Below are positions 41,758 through 54,329 of a stretch of DNA of 64,000 bases, piece by piece. The notes under the pieces were generated by a model. That model had not been told where the DNA came from, did no database searches, and was given only the letters and a program-made list of their open reading frames with translations. The translations under genes and the position numbers were made by a program. Numbering within the stretch: the stretch's first letter is position 1; each line of letters begins with the position of its first letter. Source of the stretch: Octopus vulgaris (Eukaryota); assembly GCA_951406725.2 (NCBI GenBank), contig OX597820.1, positions 74,400,001 to 74,464,000 of the forward strand, written 5' to 3'.

Positions 41758-42163
41758 TTTTGTTTAGCCCCAGGACTCATAAGGCTGGTTACCTGGTTTC
41801 CATGACCGAGACCACATTCCTGCTGAACGAGTCGTCGCTGCGTTGCAGACTTTAAGAAGAGCAATTTTTGATAGAAAGACATTATTTTTTTTTTTGTTTA
41901 GCCCTAAGACTCATAAGTCCAGTTACCTGGTTTCCACATAAATGGTCGAGATCACATTTCTCCTGGACGAGACGCCGGTGCATAGTAGAGCTTAAGATCA
42001 GCATTTTTTGAGAGGAGGACATTATTTTTGTTTAGCCCTAGGACTCATTAGGCCGGTTACCTGTTTTTTCCATATAAATGGTCAAGAGCATATTCCCACC
42101 TCAAAGAGACGCTGCTCCGTTGCAGAGTTTAAAACCAGCAATTTTTGAGTGGAAGACACTATT
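41758..42163. repeat. Three diverged tandem units of about 130-135 bp
   Basis: Each starts TTTGTTTAGCCC..GACTCAT..G..GTTACCTG and ends GCA(A)TTTTTGA...GACA.TATTT. Confidence 0.8.
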
Positions 42164-44089
42164 TGATTGCACGGGTTCAAGAATTTGACTGAGACTTTAT
42201 TTAGAAGAAAAAAGAAAATCCCATTAATCATAAGTCTGCATCGACTTAGGGGCAAATAACAAACATAACTCTACATAGTGTCGACATTTCTCGCTTTCAA
42301 TAATGAATATTTTTATGATTTTTTACATGAAATGTAAGGGTATTCTACCAAATAGAAGCCTTATCTGTTTATTTATCTATATATTTTCCTTCCATTGATA
42401 TGAGCTTACAAATTTCACTGATGGGGCCTACTGAAGTTTAGTTTATATCTTGCTGATCTGTTACTCATTCTTTTAGAAACGTTTGATTTTCTATTTGAGT
42501 AGCAAACTTCTTGATTGCTTTCGCTGCCAAAAGCGGCGTGATACACCACTCCATGTCGTCACAAAGAAAAAGCCAATGTGAGTTCATTTGATATTTGTTT
42601 ATTAGATATGGCAGCCAAATCATATCATATGGCATCAGAAAGAAAGGTAAACACATTGAATGCTATCACTAAAATATATTAAGTCAGGATACTCAAAACG
42701 AAAAATACGGGCAATCAGGGAGTAGTTGAACGGCAAACTAACAATGATACACAGTTACAACTGAACCAGTGACAGAATTTATCAGTGGTAATTGATACTG
42801 TGAGAAGTAATAGCCAAATCTCCCTCAAACCGTAGCCGACTGTCTTAAATCTGTAACGAAACGTTTTCTTTACAAGTACAGTAAAAGAAGAAAGGCTGAA
42901 AGCTGGCAGAATCGCTGACATGTCGGAGAAAATGCTCAGAGTTATTTCAACCAGCTCTCTACGCTCTTTTCTGAGTTCAATTCCCACTGAGACCAATTTT
43001 AGCTTTCATTCTTTCGAGGTCGATAAAGTAGAGTACCAGTCAAGTACAGGAGTCGATGTAATCGAATTGCTCTTTTTCATTAAAAAGTTACTGGCGTTGA
43101 AACCTGAAGTTAACCGGCGTCTTACTGATGGAAACTGGTTTGCGATGGAAACCGGATAACTGGCCTGTTAACGAGTCCCAGGCCTCGAAGAAAAAGGATT
43201 ATATGAGACAATACAATCCGGTGTGTTTCTTCTGTTTTTATGAATATTTCATATGAAATAGATTTGCAGGCGAACCGAACACATAGAGGCTATTACCAGA
43301 AATACGATTAAACGTCTTGAGCAGGTTTTGAACTCAGATCAGATTAGAAGACAGTTGAATGAACTTATACTTCCGACTGCTTTCCCCCTCTACATCTAAT
43401 CTAAACAAAATACACATTACGAAATAATTTTGGCTCGTCAAAACAAAAAAAAAACAAAATCTTGGTTATATAAATGGACGGCATTAAGATTTTCATTGAT
43501 TCTATTTTACATTTGAATAAATGTAACAAAAACATAAATAAGAAGAAATGCAAAAAAACAAATACAAAATCGAAATAAAAACAAAACAAGTTTTCAGTAA
43601 ATCCTCCATAATATAAATACAAATAAAAATAATAAAAAACTACAGAATTTGCATCTAAGTTTATTTGCAAGAGATAGTATTTTAGCATCAAAACTAATTT
43701 CCCTGGAGAAAAGCTGGGATATTTCATTTGTCAGAACAAACGTAATGGAACAGGAAGAACAGAAACTAGTAAGGATTTTCCTTGACACTGGGTCGATCAG
43801 TATATGTCAGAACTAAGTCGCTGCTGCTTTCTATTTCGAGATGATTACAGTAACCAATATGAGATGTTGTTTCATTATATTACTGTAGATTATAATAAGA
43901 GTAGTAGATTCGCCTCTATTTTTGAACCAAAATTTACAGAAACTCAAGTGCAGTCACATGTAATGCTGCTTCTTTTCTCTGTTCTGAAGTTCTAGTGATG
44001 CATTAAGAGGAAATGTTTTCAATTACTACCATTGTTTACTTGTATTCTTTCTGCTAATATCACTGCCTCGTATTATTTGCTCGTGTTGA

Positions 44090-45138
44090 GGCGGCGGGCT
44101 GGCAGAATCGTTAGCGCGCCGGGCGAAATACTTAGCGGTGGTTCGTCTGTCACTACGTTCTGAGTTCAAACTCCGCCGAGGTAGACTTTGCCTTTCATCC
44201 TTTCGGGGTCGATTAAATAAGTACCAGTTACGCACTGGGGTCGATATAATCGACTTAATCCGTTTGTCTGTCCTTGTTTGTCCTCTCTGTGTTTAGCCCC
44301 TTGTGGGTAGTAATGAAATAGCTATTTCGTCTGCCGCTACGTTCTGAGTTCAAATTCCGCCGAGGTAGACTTTGCCTTTCATCCTTTCGGGGTCGATTAA
44401 ATAAGTACCAGTTACGTACTGGGGTCGATATAATCGACTTAATCCGCTTGTCTGTCCTTGTTTGTCCTCTCTCTGTGTTTCGCTCCTTGTGGGTAGTAAA
44501 GAAATAGGTATTTCGTACTGAGTTCAAATTCCGCCTAGGTCGACTTTGCCTTTCATGCTTCGGAGATCGATAAATTAAGTACCAGTTGCATACTGGGTCG
44601 ATCTAATCGACTGGCCCCTCCCCACAAAATTTCGGGCCTTGTGCCTAGAGTAGAAAAGAGTCATTAGCACACCGGGCGAAATACTTAGCGGTATTTCGTG
44701 TATCTTTACGTTCAGGGTCAATAAATTAAGGACCAGTGAAACACTGGGATCGATGCAATCGACTAATACCCTCTCATAAAATTTCAGGCATTGTACCTTT
44801 AGTGGAAAGGATTATCATTATTGTGGTGGCGAGCCGGCAGAGTTGTTAGCACGCCGGTCAAAATTCTTAGCAGCATTTCTTCCATCTTTACGTTCTGGGT
44901 TCGAATTCCGCCGATATTGACTCTGCCTTTCATGTTTTCGGAGTCGATAAAATAAGTACCAGTTTTATATACACGGTTTTATTTATATATATAGTTTTAT
45001 TTCAATATTTCTTGCCAATAGAGAACGAGCAGGTTCCTAATCTAGATCCAAGTCGGAATTTGAGCTCAGAAATTAAAAACGGGCGAAATACCGCGAAGCA
45101 TTCTGCCCGGCGAAGTAACGATTCTGCCAGGTCACCGC
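44090..45138 (+). mobile_element. Cluster of SINE family A: trimer 44090-44657, further copies to 44965, minus-strand head 45053-45138
   Basis: Repeated body monomers of about 180 bp. Confidence 0.9.
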
Positions 45139-45139
45139 T

Positions 45140-45363
<224 letters not shown>

Positions 45364-45762
45364 AATCAAAAAACAAAAACGACAAAAATAAAAAATGACA
45401 TTAGAATTTCGTTTTCACGTACAGCAGGTCCCTGGAAGTATCCTCCTACCCAAGTCCTTCTGTTGTAGACTATTTGCAATGAACCAATGAAATTATTTGC
45501 TTTGAGAGGGTTCAACGTCTGCGGTTCAAGGTAAAAAATTGCTGTCAACATTTATCATATTTATTGTATGCCGCCTTCATCTGAGATCCTTATTGGGAAT
45601 GAAAAGTGATAAAAGAGGGTATATATCAGCTTTAGGCGCTTCTGATCTATAGGAAAGGCATTTTCTGGGAATTTCAGTATTCGATCTAATCGGCTTGCTG
45701 AGTCACACACACACGGCCGCGCGGATACAAATTTGTGCCTATACATACATGCATACATACAT

Positions 45763-46180
45763 GATGGCTGCCCCCTTGTTATCAAGTATGGCCATTGCAC
45801 GAAGCTTAACTGTTATTGGTGCTGTGATCGAATGTAACTTTTATTTGCTTTTTAAGGCTACAGCCAGCCATTCAGCTGAGACTCACATCGCCATCAACAA
45901 TCATGAACAATGTTGTTATCGTGCAATGCCTGTGCAAGAAGATTTTTTTTAAGTGAGGTAAGGCTGTGCACTGAGTCAATCCCACTCACTAAGCAACAGC
46001 AGCCATAATCCGAAAAGAAGAACAACTCAACATCATCGGTAACCACTGAGCCACAGGTTTTATGTCGGAGTTATCCCAGTTACCTGAGTTACTTTCTCCT
46101 TGAAGGATGCCCTAACAAAGGCTAAGAGTCATTCACTCCCAGTGGTTTAACCGCGTGATCGGGTATTCAGTCCGATTATT
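45763..46180 (-). mobile_element. Probable internally deleted RTE derivative (5' UTR fused to 3' tail)
   Basis: Minus strand has segments resembling RTE 5' UTRs and ends ATGGCCATACTTGATAACAAGGGGGCAGCCAT, like RTE tails; recognised from memory only. Confidence 0.4.
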
Positions 46181-46455
46181 TCTATGTCCCCGCGCATGCA
46201 TACAAACATACATACATACATACATACATATGGTGTGTTTGTCCCCGCTGCCGCTTGACTATCGGTGTTCGTTTGTTTACGTCCCCGTAAGCAAGCAGTT
46301 GGCCAAAGAGATCGATTGAATAAGTACCAGGTTTTAAAAAATAGCAGTATGAATGAATCGTATGACCAAAATCCTTCAAGCCGGTGCTACAGCATTGCCG
46401 TACTCAAATGACTGGTACAAGTAGAAGATAAACGGTACATACATACGTACTTACA

Positions 46456-47135
46456 CAGGGTTATACCTGTAATTATTGGTGTGCTGGGATATGTAACACA
46501 CTGCCTAAAAATCAGTCTTCAGAAATTAGGCTTTTCAAAGCCAGAAAGGAGAAAGCTAGTTCGAAGACTACAGATCCAATCCATCAGAGGAACTGTAAAA
46601 ATCTGTAAAACTTTCCAGAAGTTTATCATTTAAATATACATGAGCATGAGAATAAATGCATACATACATACAAATCTGCACACATACATACATACATACA
46701 TACATAAATTGTTTGTTCTTTCTCGAGCCATGCCTAGCTCATAGGGCCGGTTTCCCGGTTTCCTTGGCGTATAAGTCCCCCACCTGGATGGGACACCGGT
46801 TCGTCGCAGGTGAGCTGCAAGATGCAGGAGGAAAGAGTGAGAGAAAGTTGCGGCGAAAGAGTCAGCAGAAGTTCGCCATTACCTTCTGCTGGAGCGCGTG
46901 GAGCTTAGGTGTTTCGCTCATAAATCGCCCGGTCTGAGATCCGAACTGGCGATCCCTCGACCACCAGTCCGCTGCTCTAAACACTATGTGCCTCCACATA
47001 TACATACATACATATATACATACATAGAAACAAACAAAAGTATCTTGATGTTTAAATTCCAATGAAGGAGCCTTGGCTCTAGGTTAGAAACCGGCTCATT
47101 CTCTATTGGCAAGAAATCTTGAAATAAAACTGAAT
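46456..47135 (+). mobile_element. RLE-type LINE 3' end interrupted by a SINE
   Basis: VIPVIIGVLG...LQIQSIRGTVKICKTF*, then (TACA)n; the presumed 3' UTR AAATTCCAATGAAGGAGCCTTGG.TCTAGGTTAGAAACCGG resumes at about 47030 and also occurs at 2790-2870, 3005-3070 and 44995-45052 (minus). Confidence 0.7.
46707..46996 (-). mobile_element. tRNA-derived SINE family C nested in (TACA)n
   Basis: Degenerate tRNA head (TGGAGGCACA...AGTTCGGATCTC) and tail GGAAACCGGGAAACCGGCCCTATGAGC..GGCTCGAGAA.GAACAAACAA. Confidence 0.75.
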
Positions 47136-47186
47136 AGTGAGATACATACATACATACATACATACATACACACGCAACCCAAAACA

Positions 47187-47248
<62 letters not shown>

Positions 47249-47296
47249 TAATGTAAATATATACGAAAGTTTGTTTCGTATAAATTTCCTTTTATG

Positions 47297-47377
<81 letters not shown>

Positions 47378-47657
47378 TTTTCTAGTTCTCAAACAGCAAA
47401 ACAGTTCTCGCTAGATATTGCTAGTAAAGTAATGCAACAGTAATTCCTAAGCCTGTATTGATCAGCACGTAGTGCTATATAAACCTGTCTGGAAACAGAT
47501 GGTATATTACGACTATGAAAGTTCAGAAAATATATTTTCGTACTAAATCAAAAAGTTCATTTTGAGTTCAATATCTATTAAAAACAGTGCAAGATTATTC
47601 TTGGAAAGCAAAGTAAATGAATGAAAGAATGAATGAATGAAGATATTGAAAAATATT

Positions 47658-47831
47658 CCCCTGGGGAATGGAGTTAAAATAAAAGACAGAGAACACCACT
47701 GGAAAATATAAAAACTAAAAGAAGCAGCACATATGCTAGGACACATCAACCCCCTAAGCAGACCGAGTGGAGATATGAGCAGCATATGGGAACCGGTATT
47801 AAGGAAGGACAGAAAAATATTAGATTTATAA
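47658..47831 (+). pseudogene. Penelope GIY-YIG endonuclease C-terminal remnant
   Basis: PLGNGVKIKDREHHWKI*KLKEAAHMLGHINPLSRPSGDMSSIWEPVLRKDRKILDL*, matching the vkil..E..w.kRk.kEa.h pattern of Penelope endonuclease ends. Confidence 0.75.
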
Positions 47832-48180
47832 GCCCTAAAATTCACTCCACAATTGCCCACGGGCATATGGCGTAGCGGGCTACTAACTCCAAGATTCCGA
47901 GTTCGATTCCAAGCATTGACCTTAACAACAACAACAACAACAACAAAAACAACAACTACAACAACAATAATAATAATAATAATAATAATGATAATAATAA
48001 TAATAATGTAGAAAATTACCTTAGGAATGAGAACCCAGGTTCGAAATTTCTCCAAGACACCTGAGGAAGGCTGGAGGGTATATTAACCGAAATGTTGTGT
48101 TAACAACAAACAAGATGAGGACAAATATCCGTCGAATGTAAATAATGTACATAATTCCTCATCTCTTAAATATAGAACTA
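47832..48180 (+). mobile_element. Penelope pLTR: tRNA-derived segment, (AAC/AAT)n, decayed hammerhead (48056-48101), tail
   Basis: TGGCGTAG...GAGTTCGATTCC at about 47868-47910; GACAC-CTGAGGA-A-GGCTG...TAACC-GAAA-TGTT-GTGTT. Confidence 0.8.
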
Positions 48181-48309
48181 TATTGAAAAATAATTGAGGA
48201 ACATTTTATAAAATGTGGATCATAGGTACGCTTTATGAACGAGTCAAGTACATATATGTTCGTGTGCGTGTGTGCACGAGGAAAAAAACAATTTATCTGC
48301 CGGAATACT

Positions 48310-49412
48310 TACTAAATTTTGGTACAAAGCTAACAACTTTGAGGGGAGGGGAAGTCAACCATATCAACTCCAAAGCTCAGCTGGTACTTATTTTTTCCAC
48401 CCCGAAACGATGTAAGGAGCAACTGAACTCAGAACGTGAAGGGCCGGAAGAAATACCGCTAAGCATTATATCCGGTGCTGTAACGATTCTGTCAGCTAGC
48501 TGTCTTTGTATGTGGGAATATTGGGTTAAAATTTTGGCATAAGTTCAGCAATCACGGGGTATGGGTGCTCAACTGGTACTTATTTTATCGACCATAAAAG
48601 GATGAAGGGCAAAGTCGACCTCAGCAGAATTTGAACTCAGAACGTAAAGACGAATGAAATGCCGTTAAGCATTTTGTCCGGCATGAAAATGATTCTCCTT
48701 GCTTGTTACCTTGCGTCTGTGGGAATATTGGTTTCAAATCTAAGCACAATGCCAGTAATTTTGAGGGTGGGGGCCAAGTCGATTACATTGACCTCAGTGT
48801 TCTCCTGGTTCTTATTTAATTGAATCTGAAAAGGATAAAAGGCCAGATATACTTCGGCGGAATTTGAACTCAGAGCGTAATAACGGACGAAAAATTGCTA
48901 AGCACTTTGCCTGGCGTGCCAACGATTTTCCTTGCTTGCCGCCTTTGTCTATTGGAATATCAATATGTATTTTAACAGGTGACTGAGAAAATATGTTGGT
49001 TAAGGTGTTCGAAATCTTTTGGAATTCTATTAATATCTTTACAGACAGATTAGAAACCATCACTTTTCATCGTGTCATTGAAATTCAAGTAAGCAGCTCG
49101 TTCACACACCTATTCAACATCCATTGGACTTTAAGACAATTAGCGGAAGTATTGACCAGGTTACCAAATGAAACCCGCTTGTGAGTGTCGGATACAGGTT
49201 TTATATACTTTTCTACTCTAGGCACAACGCCCGAATTTTTTGGGGAGGGGGCCAGTCGATCTAATCGACGTAACTGGTACTTAATTTATCAACCCCGAAC
49301 GGATGAAATGTAAAGTCGACCTGAGCAGAATTTGAACTCAGAATGTAATGACGGACGAAATTCCGCCAAGCATTTCGCCCGGCGTGCTAACGTTTCCGCC
49401 AGCTCGCTGCCT
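48310..49412 (-). mobile_element. Four SINE family A copies (three adjacent at 48310-48945, one at 49208-49412)
   Basis: Repeated GAATTTGAACTCAGAACGTAA...CTAAGCATTT segments. Confidence 0.8.
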
Positions 49413-50431
49413 TTAATATTGTTTTATATTATACGTAGCGTTTTATAGTGTACGCAGGTTTTATATTGCCCGTAGCGTTTTACCTCAGCGTGTTCCAGAT
49501 TTTGTCGTCACTGGATGTATAGAAATGAGAGTATTCTTAGTCTCCATTTCAGAAGCTAGAATACTGAGCGCGGTGGCGTCGTGTTGGTGTGGTAGTCTGA
49601 GGAATCCGTAGAGATGTTGATTCCCAAGTGAATTCATTTCAAATGTTTTATGCTAACATACAACTTTCATCCATGTAGCTATGTATGTCAGCCATGAAAT
49701 ATTTCGCAGTTCTCTCCGCCTCTCAGGAATGAGAACGTTGGATCGCCAGTAGTTTATGCATCAAATACTAATAGGTTTATTTTATCACAATAGAGGCCAA
49801 ATATAGTGTATAAAGCCGTTTCTGTATAGTATCCATGAGTGCATAAACGTGAGGTAAAGGAGTCTGCGGTCGTAGGACAACAGGAAGCGAACTGGCAATA
49901 ACTAACGTACACATTGGATAGGGGTATCCGGATCTGAGACACCCAGGCAGAGCATTTGTTCAGGAAATAAAAAGATGTTGCTGAACATAAATTTAGTTTC
50001 TGCATTCTTTAACTTGTTTCAGTAATTTGACTGCGGCCATACTGGAGCACCGGAACAACTTCTACATTAAATGTTGAACATATCACCAACAGAACAGGAA
50101 AAAGAATACTCCTAAAATTTGTCTGAATTGTATGATTTTCAGGGTTGTTTTCAGGTGACGATGAAAATGTTCGACTTAATTATTCGCTGTAGAATGGTAA
50201 GATACGGTTCCTGTCCTTTTGTCTTTAGAAAGTTGGAGAGTTCTATAATACACATAGAAGCATACATATATACATACATGACATATATGTTTGTATGTAT
50301 GTATGAATGTATGTATGTATATATACATGCACGTATATGTATGCATGTATGTATGTATGTATTTATCTATCTATACACACACGCACACACACAAACATAC
50401 GCACACACACAAACATACGCACAGACACACA

Positions 50432-50478
<47 letters not shown>

Positions 50479-50598
50479 CTTTGCCTGACCAAGCTATCAA
50501 ATGTGTATGCTGTATGCTTGTTTCTCAATCTGTGTATCTGCGGAAAGAGAGAGAGATGAGAGAGCGAGATTGATCGATAGATAGATAGATCGATGAAG

Positions 50599-50678
<80 letters not shown>

Positions 50679-50966
50679 GAAAAGAAGGGAAGGAGAGAAT
50701 AAAAAGACGAATGGCTGATACTTCGTATTCGCTCTGCTGAATCGCACGGCTATGCACATGTTCATCTGTTTCTACATTTATCATAATACTTACAACGCAC
50801 GTACACACACATACACACACGCATACAGGAGCGTAGATGTATATCTAAATATACACAGCACACACACACACACTTATACTACTTTATCAATTAGCAGATG
50901 TTAATGCTAATAAAATATACATAATCATGTTTGAAGTGTTTTAATTTTTATATGAATATATACGTA

Positions 50967-51052
<86 letters not shown>

Positions 51053-51388
51053 CACGTCTTTCCCATCGAGACAGGTTTTCAAAGACCGGATTAGTACACT
51101 AGTAAAGAGGGCTTTGACGGGAGCCATCATCAACAACAAATGGTGGTTTGCCCTCAAGAGAGCAGTAAAAGCAGAAGCGATTTGGTACAGCAAAATACTA
51201 GCCATAGATAGAAATAGAGTAGAGGGTGAGCTAGTTAAGAAGCTAGAAGAGGCAATTAGAAGCGGCATTGCATCCGACGTTTTGGCGGCGAGGTTGGCCC
51301 TCGACCAACACTTCAACGCCAAACACGAAGGGTGTGCTGTCAGAGCTAGGATGCGTGCTCTAAGGAACGAAGGTGTTGGAGCCGCGAG
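51053..51388 (+). mobile_element. Internal fragment of the same L1/Tx1 family as 5898-8500
   Basis: DRISTLVKRALTGAIINNKWWFALK...ARLALDQHFNAKHEGCAVRARMRALRNEGV aligns with about 6630-6968. Confidence 0.92.
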
Positions 51389-51425
51389 AATCCTTGTTTG
51401 TTTTGATTGTTTCTAGGTGAACTAA

Positions 51426-52420
51426 GGCGGTGAGCTGGCCGAAACGTTAGCACGCCGGGCGAAATACTTAGCGGTATCTCGTCTGCTGCTACGTTCCGAG
51501 TTCAAATTCCGCCGATGTCGACTTTGCCTTTTATCTTTTCGGGGTCGATTAAATAAGTACCAATTACGCACTGGGGTCAATATAATCGACTTAATCCGTT
51601 TGCCTGTCCTTGTTTGTGCTCTCTGTGTTTAGCCCCTTGTGGGTAGTAAAGAAATAGGTATTTCTCCTGCTGCTACGTTCTGAGTTCAAATTCCGCCGAG
51701 GTAGACTTTGCCTTTCATCCTTTCGGGGTCGATTAAATAAGTACCAGTTACACACTGGGGTCGATATAATCGACTTAATCCGTTTGTCTGTCCGTGTTTG
51801 TTCCCTCTATGTTTAGCCCCTTGTGGGTGGTAAAGAAATAGGTACTTCGTTTGTCTTTACTTTCTGAGTTCAAATTTCTACGAGGTCGACTTTGCATTTC
51901 ATCCTTTCGGAGTCGATAAAATAAGTAACCGTTCATCACTGGGTGTCGATATAATTTCAGGCATTGTACCTATAGTAGAAAGCATTATTCATAGATCAAC
52001 TAAAGTGGCGAGCTGGCAGAAACGTTAGCACGCCGGGCGAATAGCCTAGCGGTATTTCGGCTGCCGTTAAGTTCTGAGTTCAAATTCTGCCGAGATCGAC
52101 TTTGCCTTTCGTCCTTTCGGGGTCGATTAAATTAAGTACCAGTTACACATTGGAGTCGATGTAATCGACCTAATTCATTTGTCTGTCCTTGTTTGTCCCC
52201 TCTATGTTTAGCCTCTTGTGAGCCATAAAGAAATAAGAAACGTTAGCCCGTCGGATAAAATGCTTAGCGGAATTTCGTCTGTTATTACGTTCTGAGGTCA
52301 AATTTCGCTGAGGTCAACTTTGCTTTTCCTCTTTTCGAGGTCGATAATATAAGTACCAGTTGATCTCTGGGGTCGAATTGATCCCACCCTCAAAATTGCT
52401 GGCCTTGGGCCAAAATTTGA
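51426..52420 (+). mobile_element. SINE family A trimer (51426-51985) and dimer (52004-52420)
   Basis: Repeated monomers with fixed junctions. Confidence 0.9.
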
Positions 52421-52619
52421 AACTTTTATATCCAGATCAACCGTGACTTCGCAGACCCAACATTAAATCCTTGCCATAAGTAATCAATACTTAATTTTTA
52501 AACTCACTTTAGCCTAACCACAATGTATTATTTTTCTTTCCTTTTTTTCTTCGAAGGGTAAAGAATGATTTTATGGGGATTTGGCTATTATTTCCCGCAG
52601 AGAAGTCTATAGTTTAAAG

Positions 52620-52870
52620 CAGTGGTCCTTAACCATTTTTTGCCTATGGATCACTTTGAGTCATAATTAATTCAGATTGACCCTCATAAATATTCGATGT
52701 TTTAAAAAGCCTATTGTACATTTATAAATATTATTCAAAATTGTTTTTAAAAAATTGCTGGAATATTTTGTATATTATAGATGTATAATCAATTTATTGC
52801 ATATAAACTTTAAAAGCAAAATCTTATATGGACCCCTATGTACCATATGTGCCCCTGTTAAGACCCACTG
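52620..52870. mobile_element. hAT-type MITE
   Basis: TIRs CAGTGGTCCTTAAC / GTTAAGACCCACTG; imperfect 8-bp TSD GTTTAAAG / GTTTAGAA. Confidence 0.75.
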
Positions 52871-53186
52871 GTTTAGAAGTTTTCTTGTGGGGGTCGACGT
52901 AGAAGCTCCCGTTCTGTATTCAAATATTCCTGCAGAATCTAGGTTGTCTTCTAATAGGCATTTTGCCAGCTGACTGGACTGGGACAACGTGAAATAAAGT
53001 GCCTTGGTCAAGGACACAACTGCCGCCAGGAATCGAACTCATGATACTACGATTGTGAGCCGAATACTCTAACCACTATGTTGTGCACTTTCACGACTAC
53101 ATTTATTTGCATAAGAGATAATACATACAATTATATATATATTTAAGCTTTAAGCTTTAAGATTATATAAAAATACCATTATATAT

Positions 53187-53590
53187 AGGCGCAGGAGTGG
53201 CTGTGTGGTAAGTAGCGTGCTAACCAACCTCATGGTTCCGGGTTCAGTCCCGCTGCGTGGCATCTTGGGCAAGTGTCTTCTACTATAGCCCCGGCCCGAC
53301 CAATGCCTTGTGAGTGGATTTGGTAGACGGAAACTGAAAGAAGCCTGTCGTATATATGTATATTTATATATGTGTGTGTGTCTGTGTTTATCCCCTTAGC
53401 ATTGCTTGACAACCAATGCTGGTGTGTTTACGTCCCCGTCACTTAGCGGTTCGGCCAAAGGAACCGATAGAATAAGTACTGGGCTTACAAAGAATAAGTC
53501 CCGGGGTCGATTTGCTCGACTAAAAGGCGGTGCTCCAGCATGGCCGCAGTCAAATGACTGAAACAAGTAAAAGAGTAAAAGAGTAAAGAG
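53187..53590 (+). mobile_element. SINE family B, full length, apparently young
   Basis: Complete head, CORE-like CTTGGGCAAGT, body and (AGAGTAAA)n tail. Confidence 0.93.
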
Positions 53591-53719
53591 TAATATATAT
53601 ATATGTGTGTGTGTGTGTGTGTATAAAGAAAGAGAGAGACAGAAAGAAAAAAGAAAATGTGCCTTGAATTTGAAAACTAAGGAAATACTTTTAAAAAACA
53701 CTTCTTTTAATTTTCATGC

Positions 53720-53950
53720 CAGAAAAGTGCGAAGACAGAGGATGGGAAAGCTGGGGAATACCAAGACCTAGCATTGGAAGTAAAACGAATCCATATAGCC
53801 TCAAAAGTATGTGTAGTACCTATTGTGATCGGTGCATTTGGGTCCATCTCAAAAAAGCAATATTCTGACATGAAAAGCTGTAAATATGAAATTTCTTAGG
53901 AAATGCAAAAGATTGTTTCAACTGGTACGTTACACGTATTGAGAAGTCTT
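53720..53950 (+). mobile_element. R4/Dong-like LINE C-terminal remnant
   Basis: EYQDLALEVKRI...VVPIVIGAFGSI...MQKIVSTGTLHVLR. Confidence 0.75.
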
Positions 53951-54268
53951 ATCGTTGTGAATTTTCTTATCGTTGTGAATTTTCTTTTTGACCTTTCTTT
54001 TCTTTTTCCTTTTCTTTCTCTTTCTTTTCTTTTTCCTTTTCATTTTATCGATTTTTAAAATATTTCATTTTTCCTTTTTCTTTCTTTCTTGCCTTTTTTC
54101 TATCACATAACTTGACTTTGTAAATAAACAATCTGGTGTGTTTATTTTAATGACCTGCCATTGTATACAGTGAATTTCTTTGCTCTAGGTGTGGGGAAGA
54201 CACTCAGCAAGAAGTGGCAAAAAATTGTAATAATGATGATGATGATAATAATAATAATAATAACAATG

Positions 54269-54327
<59 letters not shown>

Positions 54328-54329
<2 letters not shown>

